A stretch of DNA of 64,000 bases from Negaprion brevirostris (taxonomy: Eukaryota), in contig JARDVH010000163.1 of the NCBI GenBank assembly GCA_030324005.1, positions 84,016,467 through 84,080,466 on the forward strand, written 5' to 3'. A program made the position numbers and the translations under genes. Each line of letters opens with the position of its first letter. The stretch's first letter is position 1. Below the pieces are notes generated by a model. The model worked only from the letters and a program-made list of their open reading frames with translations. It ran no database searches and was not told where the DNA came from. Shown here one piece after another: positions 11,691 through 25,684 of this stretch.

Positions 11691-13110
11691 TGTCAATCTG
11701 GTAAAACTGCTACACAGGTCTACTGAGAACTTTCTTGGAGAATTGTGCACAGTTTCCGATATCTAGAAAAGGATATATTTTCCATTGAGGGAGTGCAACA
11801 GATGATAACCAGATTAATCGCTCAGAATACAGGATTGTTTAGGAGGAGAGATTGAGGAGACTGGGTCTGTCATCCCTTGAGGTTCAAAAAAATGAGGAGT
11901 GACCTCATTGAAACAAACAAAATTTTTATGGGATGTGACTGGGTGGATTCAGATAAGGGGGTGGATTTTCCCATTCTGCCCACCATGGGAATCGCAGTGG
12001 GCAAGAGGTGGACCACGGAAAGGTCCGTTGACCTTTTCCGGTTTCAGGGCAAGTGCGGCCAGAAAATGCTAGCCAAGATATTTTGTCTGGCTGATGGGTT
12101 GAAAACCAGCAGACATAGGAGGCGATCTTACCGAAATATTCTGAGTTCCAAACGAGCATGAAAATGGGAGAGTTTCAGATCCATTTTTTCAGCAAGACCA
12201 CAAGTCCCATCTTATGCCATTCTATTCAAAAAAACTGCAAAATCTGTTTCCTGCCAGCAGGGGAAGGGGCAAGGCCTAAGGTTTCTGGAACACCAGCTCT
12301 CACATCAGAGAATGCTACTGCACATGCACAGATCTCTCTGTTCTGTACAATAGGAAGAACAGAGAGGTCGGTCACTCCCTGTCCTCCCCTCACCACTATC
12401 ACCTTCACGGCCAATAGCCCCTCCCCCACTATTGCTGGCCTCTGCTGCCGATCACCAACTCCCCTCCAAAGGGTACTGTCCCCCCATCTAACCTCCTGGG
12501 GTCTTCTGTGGCCTCCGGTCCCACCAGTGAGGCAATCATAAGTCCCCATTGATGGGGACCACACATAATCCTTTCCTGTGAGAACCTTCACTGGTGAGGC
12601 CATACAAGTAAGTGAGCCCAGACAGCTGTGTACCAAATTGATTAAAGGTTGAAATCAACTTGGCGCCCTTTTCAGACACAGGGTTGATCTCACCAGAAAT
12701 CCAGGCCCAGTAAGATCACGAGAGGTGAGCAATCAGGCATAAACCCTATTTTTCACCCAGCTCATGGTCCTACCAACTCACCCTGCTCATCGACCACTCG
12801 GGATGAGAAGGTAAGGTCGCCACCATAATCTCAGGAAAAGGGGCAGGCCATTTAAGACAGAGACAAGAAGGAGCTTTTTCACTTAGAGGTGGTGAACCTT
12901 TGAAATTCCCTGCCACAGAGGGCTGAGGAAGCTCAATCATTAAGCACATTTGAGAGAGAAATTGATAGATAGGTTTCTGGAGAATAATGACATCAAGAGA
13001 TATGGGGATAATGTGGGAAAGGGGCATTAAGGTTCACAGTCAGCCATGATCTAATGAATGGTCAAGCAGGTTCGATGAGTGAAATAGCCTACTCCTGTTC
13101 CTGTGTTCTC
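11690..13110 (+). mobile_element. CR1 3' portion split by MITE insertions
   Basis: LEFKKMRSDLIETNK-like segment (11877-), later ttcacttagaggtggtgaacctttgaaattcc and tail gcctactcctgttcct. Confidence 0.75.
11957..12074. mobile_element. Short Harbinger-type MITE inserted in a CR1 fragment
   Basis: Termini GGGGTGGATTTTC / GAAAATGCTAGCC, preceded by TAA. CR1 sequence resumes after it. Similar MITE-like blocks at ~12170-12708, ~30587-30842 and ~58130-58650. Confidence 0.55.
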
Positions 13111-13219
13111 ACTTGCCTGCTAACCAGTGGCAATACCATACGATAGACAGTGTTAAGTGATCCCACAACTAGTGGGTCAGGTCTAAGCTCTATAGTCCTA
13201 CACATCCAATCATTAAAAG

Positions 13220-13690
13220 TGGTGGATAATTAAACAACTAATGCTTGTTGTTCGTTGATCCACAAATATCCCTTATTCAATAAGGGAGCCCAACCCATCA
13301 GTGCAAAAGGCAAGGCTGAAGCATACTGCAACCATCTTCAGCTAGAAGTGCCAAGTAGATGATTCACTCTGCTTTCCTCCTGAGGTTTCATAGATGCCAG
13401 GCTTCAAGTGATTTGACCCACTCACTTGGTAACAGGAAGTGGCTGAAATCATTGGATACAGCAGGGCCACAGGTCCTGACAACATTCCAACTGTCCGACT
13501 ATAGACTTCTGCTCCAAAGTGAGCCAAGCTGTGCTTGTACAGTTACAGCACTGGCATCTACCTATCAATGCCCAAAAAAGCAGAACAATCCAACCCAGCC
13601 AATTACTGCCTCATTGATGTATTCTCAATCATTAGAAAAGTGATGAAAAATGATTAACAGTGTGCATACTCAGCTGTGCTTGGTACAGGT
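13220..13690 (+). mobile_element. Middle fragment of the same CR1-group LINE family
   Basis: Decayed WWIIKQL...ISAKGKAEA...GPQVLTTF-like segment typical of the EN-RT linker. Confidence 0.6.
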
Positions 13691-14364
13691 TCCACCAGGG
13701 CCAATCGGCCTCACACTTGGAGTATTGAAGTTGCTCCATTGTTTTGTCAAAACTGACTGGAAAAATTGCAGGCATAACATTTTTTTGTACAAAAAAACTG
13801 GACTATACTAATGTTTTACTAACCAGCTGCAGTCACTTTGCAGTCATTAATATTAAATCATCCAAATATGTGCACAGTCATTTACAACATAGCATACACA
13901 TCAAAGCCATTGAACAGAGTGTCTGTGCCTGCCTGCCAGCAATGTGTTGTTAATGTTAACCTATTCTGTTTATTGATGAGTTGTGCTACTGAGCAGATGC
14001 TAACACAACTGGAACCTTCTATCAGAAACAGCTGCCACGAGCAAGAAAAATAATGTTTAAAAGCAGCATGGATAACAGTTCAAAAGAAAAATTTCAGTCG
14101 TGTTATAACTGTTTTCCTTTATTAACATTGCATGCATTTTTGCTACTGTCACCGATGACAGCTTAACCCTGCAATGAATAGGAAGCTGAAAAGGAATTTA
14201 TACATGTTTAAACCATTTCATTACCTTCGGCATCACGTCCCAAGAAAAGCTGTCATTGAAAAAAATGCAGATATTTAATCTAGTGATGACTGAGGAGTTC
14301 GAGTCCCAGTTGTGTTGGGGTGTTTGTTGTAGTGTATTTTGCACAATGCAGTCATTTACATGTC

Positions 14365-14865
14365 TTAGGTTAACCATCTTCAGCTGCTTCCTCAATGACC
14401 TTCCCTCCACCATTAGATCAGAATTAGGGATGTTTGCTGATGATTGCATAATGTCCAGCTTCATTCACAACTCCTCAGATACTGAAACAGTCCATGTCCA
14501 TATGCAACAAGACCTGGACAACATTCAGGCTTGCGCTGATAAATGGCAAGTAATATTAGTACCACTCCAGTGCCAGGCAATGACTGTCTCCAATAAAAGA
14601 GAATCCAATCACCTCCCCTTGACATTCAATAGTATTACTATTATTGAATCTCCCACTAACAGCCTGGGGGTTACCATTGACCAGAAATTGAGGAGGACTA
14701 GCTATATAAATACTGTATATATGAGCAGGTCAGAGGCTGGAAATTCTGTGGTGAGAACTCACTTCCTGACTCCCCAAAGTCTGTTTCACATCTACAAGGC
14801 ACAATTCAGAAGTGTGATGGAATACTCTCCATTTGCATGGAGAAGTGCAGCCCCATCAACATCAG
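14365..14865 (+). mobile_element. CR1-group LINE RT fragment
   Basis: ORF 14256..14870: FLNDLPSTIRSELGMFADDC...QQDLDNIQACADKWQ...YKAQFRSVMEYSP. Confidence 0.9.
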
Positions 14866-14880
14866 GATGAGACTAGGATA

Positions 14881-15083
14881 AAAGCAAATTACTGTAGATG
14901 CTGGAATCTGAAATAATAACAGTGAATGTTGGAAAATCTCAGCAGGTCTGACGACATCTGTGGAGAGAGAACAGGGCTAACATTTTGAGTAGGATCATCC
15001 TGTCTGGAAAAGTTTGCTCTATTCTTTCTCCACAGATGCTGTCTGACCTGCTGAGATTTTCCAGCATTTTCTGTTTTTGTTTC
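14881..15083. repeat. Inverted-repeat (hairpin) element, probably inverted Penelope-type terminal repeats
   Basis: Left arm ggaaaatctcagcaggtctgacgacatctgtggaga pairs with right arm tctccacagatgctgtctgacctgctgagattttcc. Confidence 0.7.
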
Positions 15084-15237
15084 NNNNNNNNNNNNNNNNN
15101 NNNNNNNNNNNNNNNNNNNNNNNNNNNNNNNNNNNNNNNNNNNNNNNNNNNNNNNNNNNNNNNNNNNNNNNNNNNNNNNNNNNTAGGTTATGGGGGAAAA
15201 TCCAGTTAGTGACATTTTGATTAAAGAAAATAAAGTT

Positions 15238-15553
15238 TGGGCAGCATGGCAGCACAGTGGGTTAGCACTGCTGTCTCACAGCGCCAGGAACCCAGGTTCG
15301 ATTCCCGGCTTTGGTCATTGTCTGTGTGGAGATTGCACATTCTCCCTGTGCCTGCGTGGGCTTCCTCCAGATGCTCCGGTTTCCTCCCACTGTCCAAACG
15401 TGTGGGTAAGTGGATTGGACATGCTAAAGTAACCTTTTGTGTCAAGAGAACTAGCTAGAGTAAATGTATGGGGATAGGGCCTGGGTGGAACTGTGATTGG
15501 TACAGACTTGATGGGCCGAATGGCCTCCTTCAACACTGTATGGATTCTATGAT
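15238..15553 (+). mobile_element. HE1/V-SINE, full length
   Basis: Head, V-domain and tail gatgggccgaatggcctccttc...gattctatgat. Confidence 0.9.
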
Positions 15554-15741
15554 TTAAGTGGCTTACTCAGAATAAAGCAACAAGATTCCATGGGTTTTGA
15601 ACAAATGAAAATAAACTTTACAAGTTTCAAAAGATAAAACAATTTACAACATCGATCTTATGCTGTAACATACAGAGTAAGTATGAGACAAAGGTGATTA
15701 ACAGACAAGCTGTGGTCAGACACACCACATGACGCAAAAGG

Positions 15742-15985
15742 TAAAAGCAAAACACTGCAGATGTTGGTATCTGAAACAAAATCAGGACATGCTGGAAAAC
15801 CTCAGCAGGTTTGACAGCACCAGTGAAGAGAGAGAATAGAGCCAATGTTTTGATTCCGGGTGACCCTTCATCCGACCCAAGCTCTGACAATGGGTGATCC
15901 AAACTTGAAACATTGGCTTCGCTTTCTCTCCACAGATGCTGTCTGACCTGCTGAGATTTTCCAGCATTTTCTGTTTTTGTTTCAG
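15742..15985. repeat. Second copy of the same inverted-repeat element
   Basis: Same arms. The centre has two decayed, opposed ctgaNga...gaaac hammerhead-like motifs (15845-15915). Confidence 0.7.
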
Positions 15986-15999
15986 GAGAAGTCTGACTA

Positions 16000-16410
16000 T
16001 TTGATGGCATCACTTTCACAAAGTTAACCATTCACACCCTCCATCATTGCATTCAGTAGCAGCATTGTGTACTATCTTCAAGATGACCTACACAAACTCA
16101 CTAATTCTACTTTGACAACATCTTCCAAACCTGTACCTCTGCCGCCTAGAAGGTCTAGCACAGTAGACACATGGGAACACCACCAGCTGTAAGTTCCCTT
16201 CAAGCTAACCATACAATCCTGACATGGAAATATATCACTGTTCCTTAACTATTGCTGGATCAAAATTCTGAAATTCCGTTCTGAATAACATAGTGGATAT
16301 ACCTACATCTCAGGGACTGCAGTGGTTCACCACCGCCTTCCCAAGGATAATTAGGCTTGGGCAGCAAATAATGGCCTTACCAGTGACACCAACAAACCAC
16401 ATAATCAAAA
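16000..16410 (+). mobile_element. 3' end of the CR1-group LINE family
   Basis: Collinear with 11330-11690 (attcacaccctccatca...ggataattaggcttgggcagcaaat). Confidence 0.7.
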
Positions 16411-17659
16411 AGAATTCACATGAAGCCAGTGTGCTCTCTGTACAATGTGTGCCACACACTGTGTGTAAATCGGGTGGGGGGTGGGGGTGGATTATGGATT
16501 CCCAAAGGAAAGGGATTATGGATTCTCAAAGTGTGAGGGGGGAGCACAGTGAGACAGCCAACTATGGAATCTGTAAAGCCAAGTGTTTTTTCACCTTGAA
16601 ACCCAACGAACAGAAAGAGTANNNNNNNNNNNNNNNNNNNNNNNNNNNNNNNNNNNNNNNNNNNNNNNNNNNNNNNNNNNNNNNNNNNNNNNNNNNNNNN
16701 NNNNNNNNNNNNNNNNNNNNNGTAAAGACTTGGGTCAAAGAAGAAAAACAAAGAAACCAAAAAAACAATCAAAAACAAGATGCTTCCCAACAAAAGCTTA
16801 GTTATGCAGTTTTAAAACTACTTTCTGCTCCTTTGCAATAAGAATATTCCCCAGATGAATGAAAATGGAGCTTTGCATTCTGCGGTCAATACATGTCTAT
16901 TAGAAAACCTTGAATCATGTCTTCTGCTTTCTATCACATAACTGCACCATTGACGCACAAGCATTGAACATCATCCTTAGTTGTTCAGTATAACTGCCAT
17001 TATCATATTTCTAACTAGGTTGCTTCCAATTCTGGCCATGCCACTCTAAGCTTTTAATTATTATGTAAGCTCTGTTACTGCACTAATGTGGCATTTTACC
17101 GGTACCAAATGCTGCAACCTCAATCTCATCGGAGTTTGCCTTAGGCTTAATCACAACATTACTCCCTGAGTGTCCATCCAATAGTGCTGGTGATTGCAGG
17201 CTGGGGTATTGTCTCTTAATATTTAATATCTTAATGAGATGCTTGTCTCCAGACAGAGTGACAATCACCTTAGGAGGTTTATGAGCAGGCTCCAATCCAG
17301 ACAGCTCCAGTGGGTGACTAATGAAGCACTAGTACTGAATACTTGCTTAATGGCCAGTGACGTACTTGCATCTGAGTCAGGTGATAAAACCCCACTCCCC
17401 CTTGGGAAGGGCACTTTAACATTGGCTGCCACCCATCATGGAGAAGGGAACATGCATGAAGAAGACAAGATGAAACTTACTGAGCTATGTTTCCCCTGTC
17501 CGAGACTGGTGCAAGCATGCCCTTAGGCAGAACATGACAGATGGATGGAAAAAATCCAGTTGAAGGCTTGGGAATGAGCAACATTGGAACAATATGTACG
17601 ACGCAAAGTAGGCTTTACAACTAAATTCTTTTAGGTGCTCGTATAGAAAAACAAATTAT

Positions 17660-17955
17660 TTATTTCATTTATTAGTGTCGCAAGTAGCCTTACATAAAAC
17701 TGCAATGAAGTTATTGTGAAAATCCTCCAGTGGCCACACTTTATTAGAAACAATGTGCCAGTGCGGTTACACTGAGGGAGAATTAAGCATGGCCAATGCA
17801 CCCAACCCGCACATCTTTTAGACTGTGGGAGGAAACCAGAGCACCCGGAGAAAACCCACGCAGACATAGGGAGAATGTACAGACTCCCACAGACAATGAT
17901 CCAAGCTGGGAATTGAAGCTGGGTCTCTGGCACTGTGAAGCAGCAGTGCTAGCCA
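17660..17955 (-). mobile_element. V-SINE variant (alternative tail)
   Basis: Same architecture as 7855-8115. Confidence 0.85.
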
Positions 17956-18449
17956 ATGGCCAAATGTAAAACATAACTATGAAAGGAGACCACCTTGAAG
18001 AATCTGGACAGGTTTGGAGGCTGGGATTGACTGTGTCTGACAATCTTACATTGCTCGGGTCTGACACCACACAAACAGAAGCCCAGTTAATGTATCTGAC
18101 TGATTTTGCACTGTGTCAACTTGCAGTGGGTTCACCTGATACTTCTCAATGTTTCAAGAAAGCAGATACCCCCACCAGCATTCTGAATTAAGTTAAATTT
18201 ATTATTTAGAAATTGAGTCTGCACATTACTGTATGGACTTCTTTCCTTGTCATTAGAATAAGATTCAAAGCCCACTGTATAAGCCAGGCAGCCATGGCTG
18301 CACACTGCACCGTGGAGTTCACATCCTCAACCTAACTCAGGGTGAAAGCAGGTGGAAATCTCGCAATTTACAATTCCTCCAGGCATATTCCATGTGATTC
18401 AGTTTATTTTCTGTTGGCTTTTATTTTTGTGATGGTGACGGCCAAGGAT

Positions 18450-18760
18450 TGGGTGGCAAGCTGGCACAGTGGTTAGCACTGCTGCCTCATAGCACCAGGT
18501 ACCTGGGTTCAATTCCCGGCTTGGGACACTGTCTGTGTGGAGTTTGCACATTCTCTCCGTGTCTACGAGGGTTTTCTCCAGGTGCTTTAGTTTACTCCCA
18601 CAGCCTGAAAGGCATGCTGGTTAGGTGTATTGGCCATGCTAAATTCTCCCTCAGTGTACCCAAACATGTGCCGGAGTGTGGCGAGAGGGGATTTTCAGAG
18701 TAACTTCACTGCAGTGTCAGTATAAGCCTACTTGTGTCACTAATAAATAAACTTAAAGTT
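18450..18760 (+). mobile_element. V-SINE variant (alternative tail), full length
   Basis: Head ggcacagtggttagcactgctgcc, V-domain, tail aagcctacttgtgtcactaataaataaactt. Inverted relative to 17660-17955. Confidence 0.88.
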
Positions 18761-18829
18761 AAAAAGCTAAGTTGTGGGACTGTTGGTAAATGAAGATTTG
18801 GGATTAGGTTTTTGGTAATGAAGTTGGAT

Positions 18830-19555
18830 GTATTCTCACAGAGATCTAAAAGGATCAAGGACGAGCAGCACAGATTTAAAGCGATTTGCAAAAGAAGCAA
18901 ATGTGACATGAGAAAAAACTTCTTCACACAGCAAGCGGCTCAGGTCTGGAACGCACTGCCTGGAAATGTGGTGGAGGCAGGTTTGATCGAGGCATTCAAG
19001 AGGGCATTAGATAATTATTTTAATAGAAACAATGTGCAGGGGTACAGGGAAAGGGCAAGGGAATGGCACTAAGAGATAAAGTGGAGAAGAACATCCAGCA
19101 GAGGTGGCAAAGAGACTTCACCGAGGAGAATTCTGGGAGAAGTCGTCACTGTCACCCTGACTGAATAGTAGGGAGAGGAAGAACCCCTCCATAAGAACAT
19201 CCAGCAGAGGCAGCAGATATGCTCAAAACCATGAGGGGTCTGGAAGAGTGGACAGAGAGAAACTGTCCCCATCGGCAAAAAGGTTGAGAGGCAGAGGGCA
19301 CAGGTTTACGGTAATTGACCAAAGAAGCAATGACAACGTAAAAAAAGTGTTTCAATTCAGCAAGTGGCTAAGGTGAGCAATGCACCTCCTGATGAGGTAA
19401 TGTAGGCATATTCAACCAAGATCCTCAGTAGAGAATTGAATGATTATCTGCAAAGAAAAACCTGCAGCACCACATGGAAAAGAAGTGAGATTGGATGAGT
19501 TGCTTTTGCAGAGATCCAGCTCGGGTGAGACAATCAACTGGCCTCCCTCTGTATC
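18830..19555 (+). mobile_element. Two CR1 3' fragments (18830-19070, 19215-19555)
   Basis: HRFKAICKRSKCDMRKNFFTQQAAQVWNALP...AFKRALD. Confidence 0.85.
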
Positions 19556-21329
19556 GTGACCTTTCAATAATGATTCCACGTAGAGATTAACATAGCAAAG
19601 TAATTAAGCAGCTGAGGCTGTGCTCCACATGTCTAACAAGAGGAGAAAAACATGCCTTCTGAAGGTGGATTTAACAAATTTGCTCTGGCAGGACAGAGCT
19701 CCCTGGACTGGAACAGGGCTTGGGAATATCATACAGGGAGTTCAGAGGCACACAGGAGGATTGGTGGTCAATTAGACTGAACAGACAGAGAATGCTGTGG
19801 CTCCCAGTGTCCCCCCCCCCCCCACAATGCCCAACATGTAATCTCTACTCACAAAGCTGCGCAACAGCAATCCCAATTCATAAAATGCATTTTCTAGCCT
19901 CTAGGTTTGTTTAGAGTTTAAACATTATCTGTTGGCAGGTCCAGGATTTTGAAACATGAGGCTGAAATAAAACTGGCATTACAGTGACTGACTACAATGT
20001 GAACATTATCACCCGACTGCCAACAATGGAAACATTTTAATTCCACAGCAGAGAAGTTTCTGACTTTTTCTTTTCCCGTCCCTTTCACCTTAATATCAGC
20101 AGAATGGTACAGAAGCTATTTGGCCCATTGTGTCTGTACTGGCCCTATACTCTCCTGCAAATTTTTCCATTTGATATATATAACCAGTTCCCTTTCAGTC
20201 TACATCCAGCACCCTTTTGGGCAGCGTATTAAACTCACAACAATAAACTGATACAAACATTCCCCTCATCTCCCCTCTGCTTATGTCTGCAGTGACTGAC
20301 CTTCTCGCTAGAACAGTTCCTCCTTCTTTGCACAAATATTGAGGCCCTCCATTGATTAAAAAGCTTTGTTATATCACCCCTCAACTGATCCGGGTCTTGT
20401 GGCAGAGCAGTAGCATCCCTACCCACAGACCAGAACTCCAGCTGCAAGTCCAGCACCAGCACTTGTTGGCCACACAGTTATAACGCAGTTCAACAGACTG
20501 ATAATCAGCTCAAGAATCCTTCCACCACTTGCCCACTATTCCCCAAAGGAAGCAAGATGTGTTTGCATGCATGTGTGTACATGCATGTGTGCGTGTGTAA
20601 TGACACTGGTGTAGGAAAGATCCTAATCTCCTCCAGTTACACTTCATGATTTATATCACTTTTATCTCCGAAAGCAGTGGCTGCAGTTCACAGTCATCCG
20701 AGGGCATCTGAGAGAGCTTACATAGTTAGAATTGAACTGTATATAGCACTGCAATGGATCCTTATTCACATTATCGTACAGAGCAAAAGCATTGCACCAG
20801 TTATTCACCTGATCATGCATCAAGAAATTATTGACTGAGGATTTAACCAGCAGAATTTGATACTATCTTAGATTACTTTAGTTTTCATATGATATATTTG
20901 TGACTACAAAATATGGCAAACATCATTAATCAGCAAATTCAGGGACTGGTCAGTGTGGAACAACTGTTTATTTAATGATGTCCAATCCCTGCATGATCTT
21001 TTGATTTCCTCCTTTATCTTTTTCACTGTTCCTGTTGTTTTGAAGTTTTTTATTTAGCTACTCTTTAGCATCAGATCTTCAGTGTCTTAAGGCCCACCAT
21101 CATTAAAATAATATGGCTTCACCGATCTAACAGCAGGATTTTGCTGCTCTGAAATTTGGTTCCCTTCAGGTTTCCAAACTCTGCACAGATAGATTGTTTT
21201 CCCCTGATGTTATATCTGTTATTTTTATCATGTCTCATCTTTGCAATTCACCTGCTTTGACATATGACCTCTAACTATCTTATAGATTCCTATCACAAAC
21301 TAATTGCCCCACATGACAGACTGGTTAAA

Positions 21330-22190
21330 AAAAGAACAGGAGCCCACGGAATGTAGCAAACTGGATACAAAATTGGTTGAGTGGCAGGAAACAAACAGCA
21401 CTTATTGTTGGGTGTTTTAATGACTGGAAAGATGTTACTAATGGGGTTCCACAGGGCTCAGTACAAGGTCCCTTGCTTTTTGGGGTATACCTTAACGATT
21501 TGGATGCAGGTGTAGGAGGAATGATCACAATGTTTGCAGACAACACAAAAAATGGCCATAGGATTGATATCGAGGGTTGTTGTAGATTGCAGGAAGACAT
21601 CCACAGACTGGTCAAATGGATAGAAAAATGGCAAATGGAATTCGACCCAGCGAAATGTGAGGTGATGTATTTGGGGAGGTCAAACAAGGCAAAGGAACAC
21701 ATGAGAAATGGGAGGATACTGAGTGGTGTAGAAGAAGTGAGGAACCTCAGAACCTATAGCTCCTTTTGGGTAGCAAGGCAGATCGATAAGATGATTAAGA
21801 AGGCAAATGGAATCCTTTCCTCTATTAGCCTTAGTATTGAGTATAAGAGGAGGGGGGTTATGTAAGATATTAGACCACAATTTGAGAACTGTGTGTAGTC
21901 CTGGTCACTTCATTACAGGATGGATGTAATTGCAGTAAAGAGGGTACTAAGGAGATTTATGAGGATGTTGACGGGACTGGAAAGTTGCAGTGATGAGGAA
22001 AAATTGGATAGGCTAGGATTGTTCTCCTTGGAGCAGAGTAGACTCAGTGGAGATTTGATTGAGATGTACCAAATGTGAGAGGTGGGATTTTTTTAGCAGA
22101 GAGATCAGTGACTCAAAAGCATAAATTTAAAGTGATGGGAAGGATTAAAGGGAAGATAAGGAAAACCTTTTTTTACCCAGACGGTTGAAA
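21330..22190 (+). mobile_element. CR1 RT fragment
   Basis: ORF 21377..21865: NGVPQGSVQGPLLFGVYLNDLD...MFADNTK...LQEDIHRLVKW. Confidence 0.92.
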
Positions 22191-22331
22191 GGATTTTGAT
22201 TTGATTTGATTTATTATTGTCGCATGTATTAGTATACAGTGAAAAGTATTGTTTCTTGCACACTATATAGACAAAACATACCGTACATAGAGAATGTTAC
22301 AGTCATAGCTGGCTGTAGAATAAAGTTTTCA

Positions 22332-22660
22332 GGCAGCACAATGGCACTGTGGTTAGCACTGCTGTCTCACAGCACTAGGGAGCTGGGCTCAATTGCTTTC
22401 TTGGGTTACTGTCTGCATGGAGTTTGCACATTCTCCCCGTGTCTGCGTGGGTTTCCTCCGGGTGCCCCAGTTTCCTCCCACAGTCCAAAGATGTGCAGGT
22501 TAGCTTGATTGGCCACACTTAGAAATTGCCCCTTAGTGTTAGGGGGACAAGCTAGAGTAAGGCATGGGGTTGTGGGGATAGGGCCTGGCTGGGAGTGTGG
22601 TTGGTGCAGACTCGATGGGCCAAATGGCCTCCTTCCACACTGTAGGGATTCTATGATTCT
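22332..22660 (+). mobile_element. HE1/V-SINE, full length
   Basis: Head, V-domain and tail tgtagggattctatgattct. Confidence 0.9.
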
Positions 22661-25600
22661 AAGATGAAACAAAAGTAAAAAATTGAACTAGAATGTATGC
22701 TGGGCAGTTTGCAAGAAGTCATTATGCTCCAGTGCCGTCTTAGTGGATGTGGAACTCACTGTCAGAAAGGGTAGAGGCAGAAATTCTCAACTCATTAAGT
22801 ACCTCTCCCTGACGAAGCAGTGTCAGGATTATATGAATGCTATGTTGAGAAATAGGACATTCAGAGTGAACACTTCCTTTATTTATGATACCATCGTTCA
22901 TTTGTCAAGCAGACAGAACACCCACATAATAGTTGCATCGACAAAACTTCTCAGTTTAAAGTATCTTCCCTGACAGTTATTTTTAGAAGCTGTCAGGCTA
23001 TCTGCTGGGTTGTACTGATAGTGGAGGTAGAATGGCTGAAGCACAGTTGTCTCCAGTAGGTGGTTGTTACTAAAGCTATTGGGCTGGACTGTCCAGCAGA
23101 GCCTGTCACAGAATTCATGGAGACTGCAATCCCAGAGAGACCATAGGATACCAGCAGTGACTGGAAAAGATGCTGAGGGCAGTCCTCAATCATTCTGCAC
23201 CCTAAACCGTGGTATAAGCCACAGGGAAATAATTCTTTACAAAGAAAAGTGTAACACTGGTGGGAGAGCCACCTGGGATATCTATTCAACTGTTGGTTGT
23301 GGAGGGGACAAACTCTGTATGTGGGATGTGTGTATTTGGCTGATATCATCCGAGACAGTGAACTGATCTATCATCTAAAGATTGCAGAGGCCCCAGGAAA
23401 CAGCAGATTCCTGCTGCAGTGGAAAGGTAGATTTTGACAGTTTGTTCTACATTGCACAATAGGAGTTGCATTCAGTAATGTCTCGTGTTGTTCTAGGCTG
23501 GGAATAATGATCAGGAACAGAAAGATGCTGACTAAGTTGGTACCAAAGACTAGACTTGATGCCTCCGTGCCCCCGCTTTATCAGGTACATCTCCAGAGGA
23601 CAGAACATTCCATGTCAGGTGTCAGAGTCAGGAAGGCATCCTCAATCTTTGTGGGGAATCCCACTGAAATAAAGTGTAAATTTCATGCTGGAAAGACCCT
23701 GAGAGCCACGGTAGTGTTGGAATGGCTGAAGGGGGAGATGCTTAATGAGTTCTGACATGTCCTTGTACATCATAGCTGTCAATCCACTGAAAAGTGGCCA
23801 TTTGTGCTACCACTCCTCTGCCATCACCATCAGTTTCTGCTCCCTATGCATTATGTGTCCCAACAAGTGCACTCTCCCCAGTCTCAGATTCCCCAAGCTG
23901 ATGTTGTCCTGGGGCAGAGAGAGGCATGGTGCAGCTTTTGAGGAGCTTGCTTTCTCCACCTCCTTACATCCTGATTCTGCTTCATGTGAAACATCCGGAG
24001 AAAGAGAAGAACAAGTTCACACGCTCGAGAGGTCAGTGACTCATGCAACTATGTTCTTAGTAGACTGGCCAGACTAAAATGAGGTCATAAGCTCAGAGCA
24101 TTTCCACTTAGCTTCTGGCAATGTAAAACCCAAGATTGTAATGTTGGAAAGTTGCTTTCTTTTACAAATAAAAATGACATTAATATCTTGAGTGAATATA
24201 TTTTGTCAGCTAATGTTGCCATCAATTTATGCACAGCAAACAGGAAAATATATGACCAGCTCATCTGCATTGCTAGTCTCACCTCAGTTGAGGCTGGAGA
24301 TCAAAAGAATTCTCTTATTCAAAGAAGTATCACAAGACACTGAGGAAGCCTAGTGCTCTCTGCCGAACAAGACCCAACACCTTATTATGGTGCAGGCAAT
24401 AATATGAAGCGTTTACATAACATCGCCAATGTAGAACAACTTACCAAGCCATAATCCAGAACAATGATACCAAGCCAGCACAGGCTTGATGGGCCAAATG
24501 GCCTCCTTCTGCACTGTAGGGATTTTATTATCTATGAACCAAGGATGGAAATGATAAGAGGGGTAGCCCAGTCCTTCCTAACTTACTACCCCAAATTCAA
24601 AACTGTTTCCCTCCATGGCTCTCCTTAGTGAACCCCAGATCCAGGGAGATATCGAGAGTAACGAAAAAAGCCAGTGCCTTAATCCACCATTCTCACAAAC
24701 TGACTATTCAATAAGAATATTCTGCAAGCATGTTTTCTTCCCTCCAAACATCAGGTTGCAGGTTGCCTCTAATAATGGCATTAATTATTCAACTCAGTGC
24801 TGAATGATATTTACTTTCAAAGTACTGTGTGAACATGATTCCATCCTGACTGAAGTATCAATAATTGATGGGTAGCTGCAAAATTCAATTTTAGACTTTG
24901 ATTTTATTGACAGGATCCAAAGCCACAGGACTATGCATACTTACAGTGCTGATGAGGAGTAAACCCCTTCTGAACATTCAGGTAAAAGCCTGTTCCCCCA
25001 TTTCCAATTCCAATTACAAAGCTCTTATGAGTTAAGGGAGGAAGTTCCTCCTCCACAGTATAGTGGGTCTTAGAACAAAAATCAGGAGTAATAAAATAGA
25101 TGATTTCCAGCTGTATAAATACTATGGCGTGAGCTTGACTAGCAGAATGTTTTGTACAGAGAATCACCTTTAGGTTGTAAACATTTAGATAGTAATTATA
25201 TTTTGTGTGTACTTGCCATATTCTGAATTCTGTGCGTGTTAAATGGAACAAGACAAAGAAGAAAGTTTCCAGTGCCAAATACAGAGCTATTAAGACCATC
25301 GAATAGCATATGGTACAATGAAAAGACATTTGTACTCAGAATAGACCTCTCCTGAGGCTAATTCTTGTAAAATATTAATGATTACATTACAGGTCTGTAG
25401 CAATACATTTGCAGAAGCAGTTAGCAACTCGAATAAAACCTTTTTTTAGGTATGTGAAATATTCTCTCACATAGCTTCAGGCAAAAAGATTTCTCTAAAT
25501 TCCTGCTGATGGGTAGCCTATTTGTAAAATGGAAATAAAGGAGGGTTGAAACAGCAGAGCTTTTCTTCATCATATTTTCAGAGTCCATAACAGTCTTAGA

Positions 25601-25684
25601 ATTAATTAAGTAAAGCAAACAGAGCTCTTCAAAGGTTCTCTGAGTAAATATATTATGCGTGGTGATGATCCATATTGCAGCAAG

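Noticed and set aside
14256-14870. 204-aa ORF (and ORFs 21377..21865, 41962..42393, 62951..63361) as host genes
   Set aside because: They carry LINE RT or endonuclease motifs and are truncated with flanking stops. They are TE fossils.
16489-16531. Short duplication ggattatggattcccaaag / ggattatggattctcaaag (and a ~20 bp repeat at ~19088/19193)
   Set aside because: Ordinary small slippage-type duplications with no further structure.
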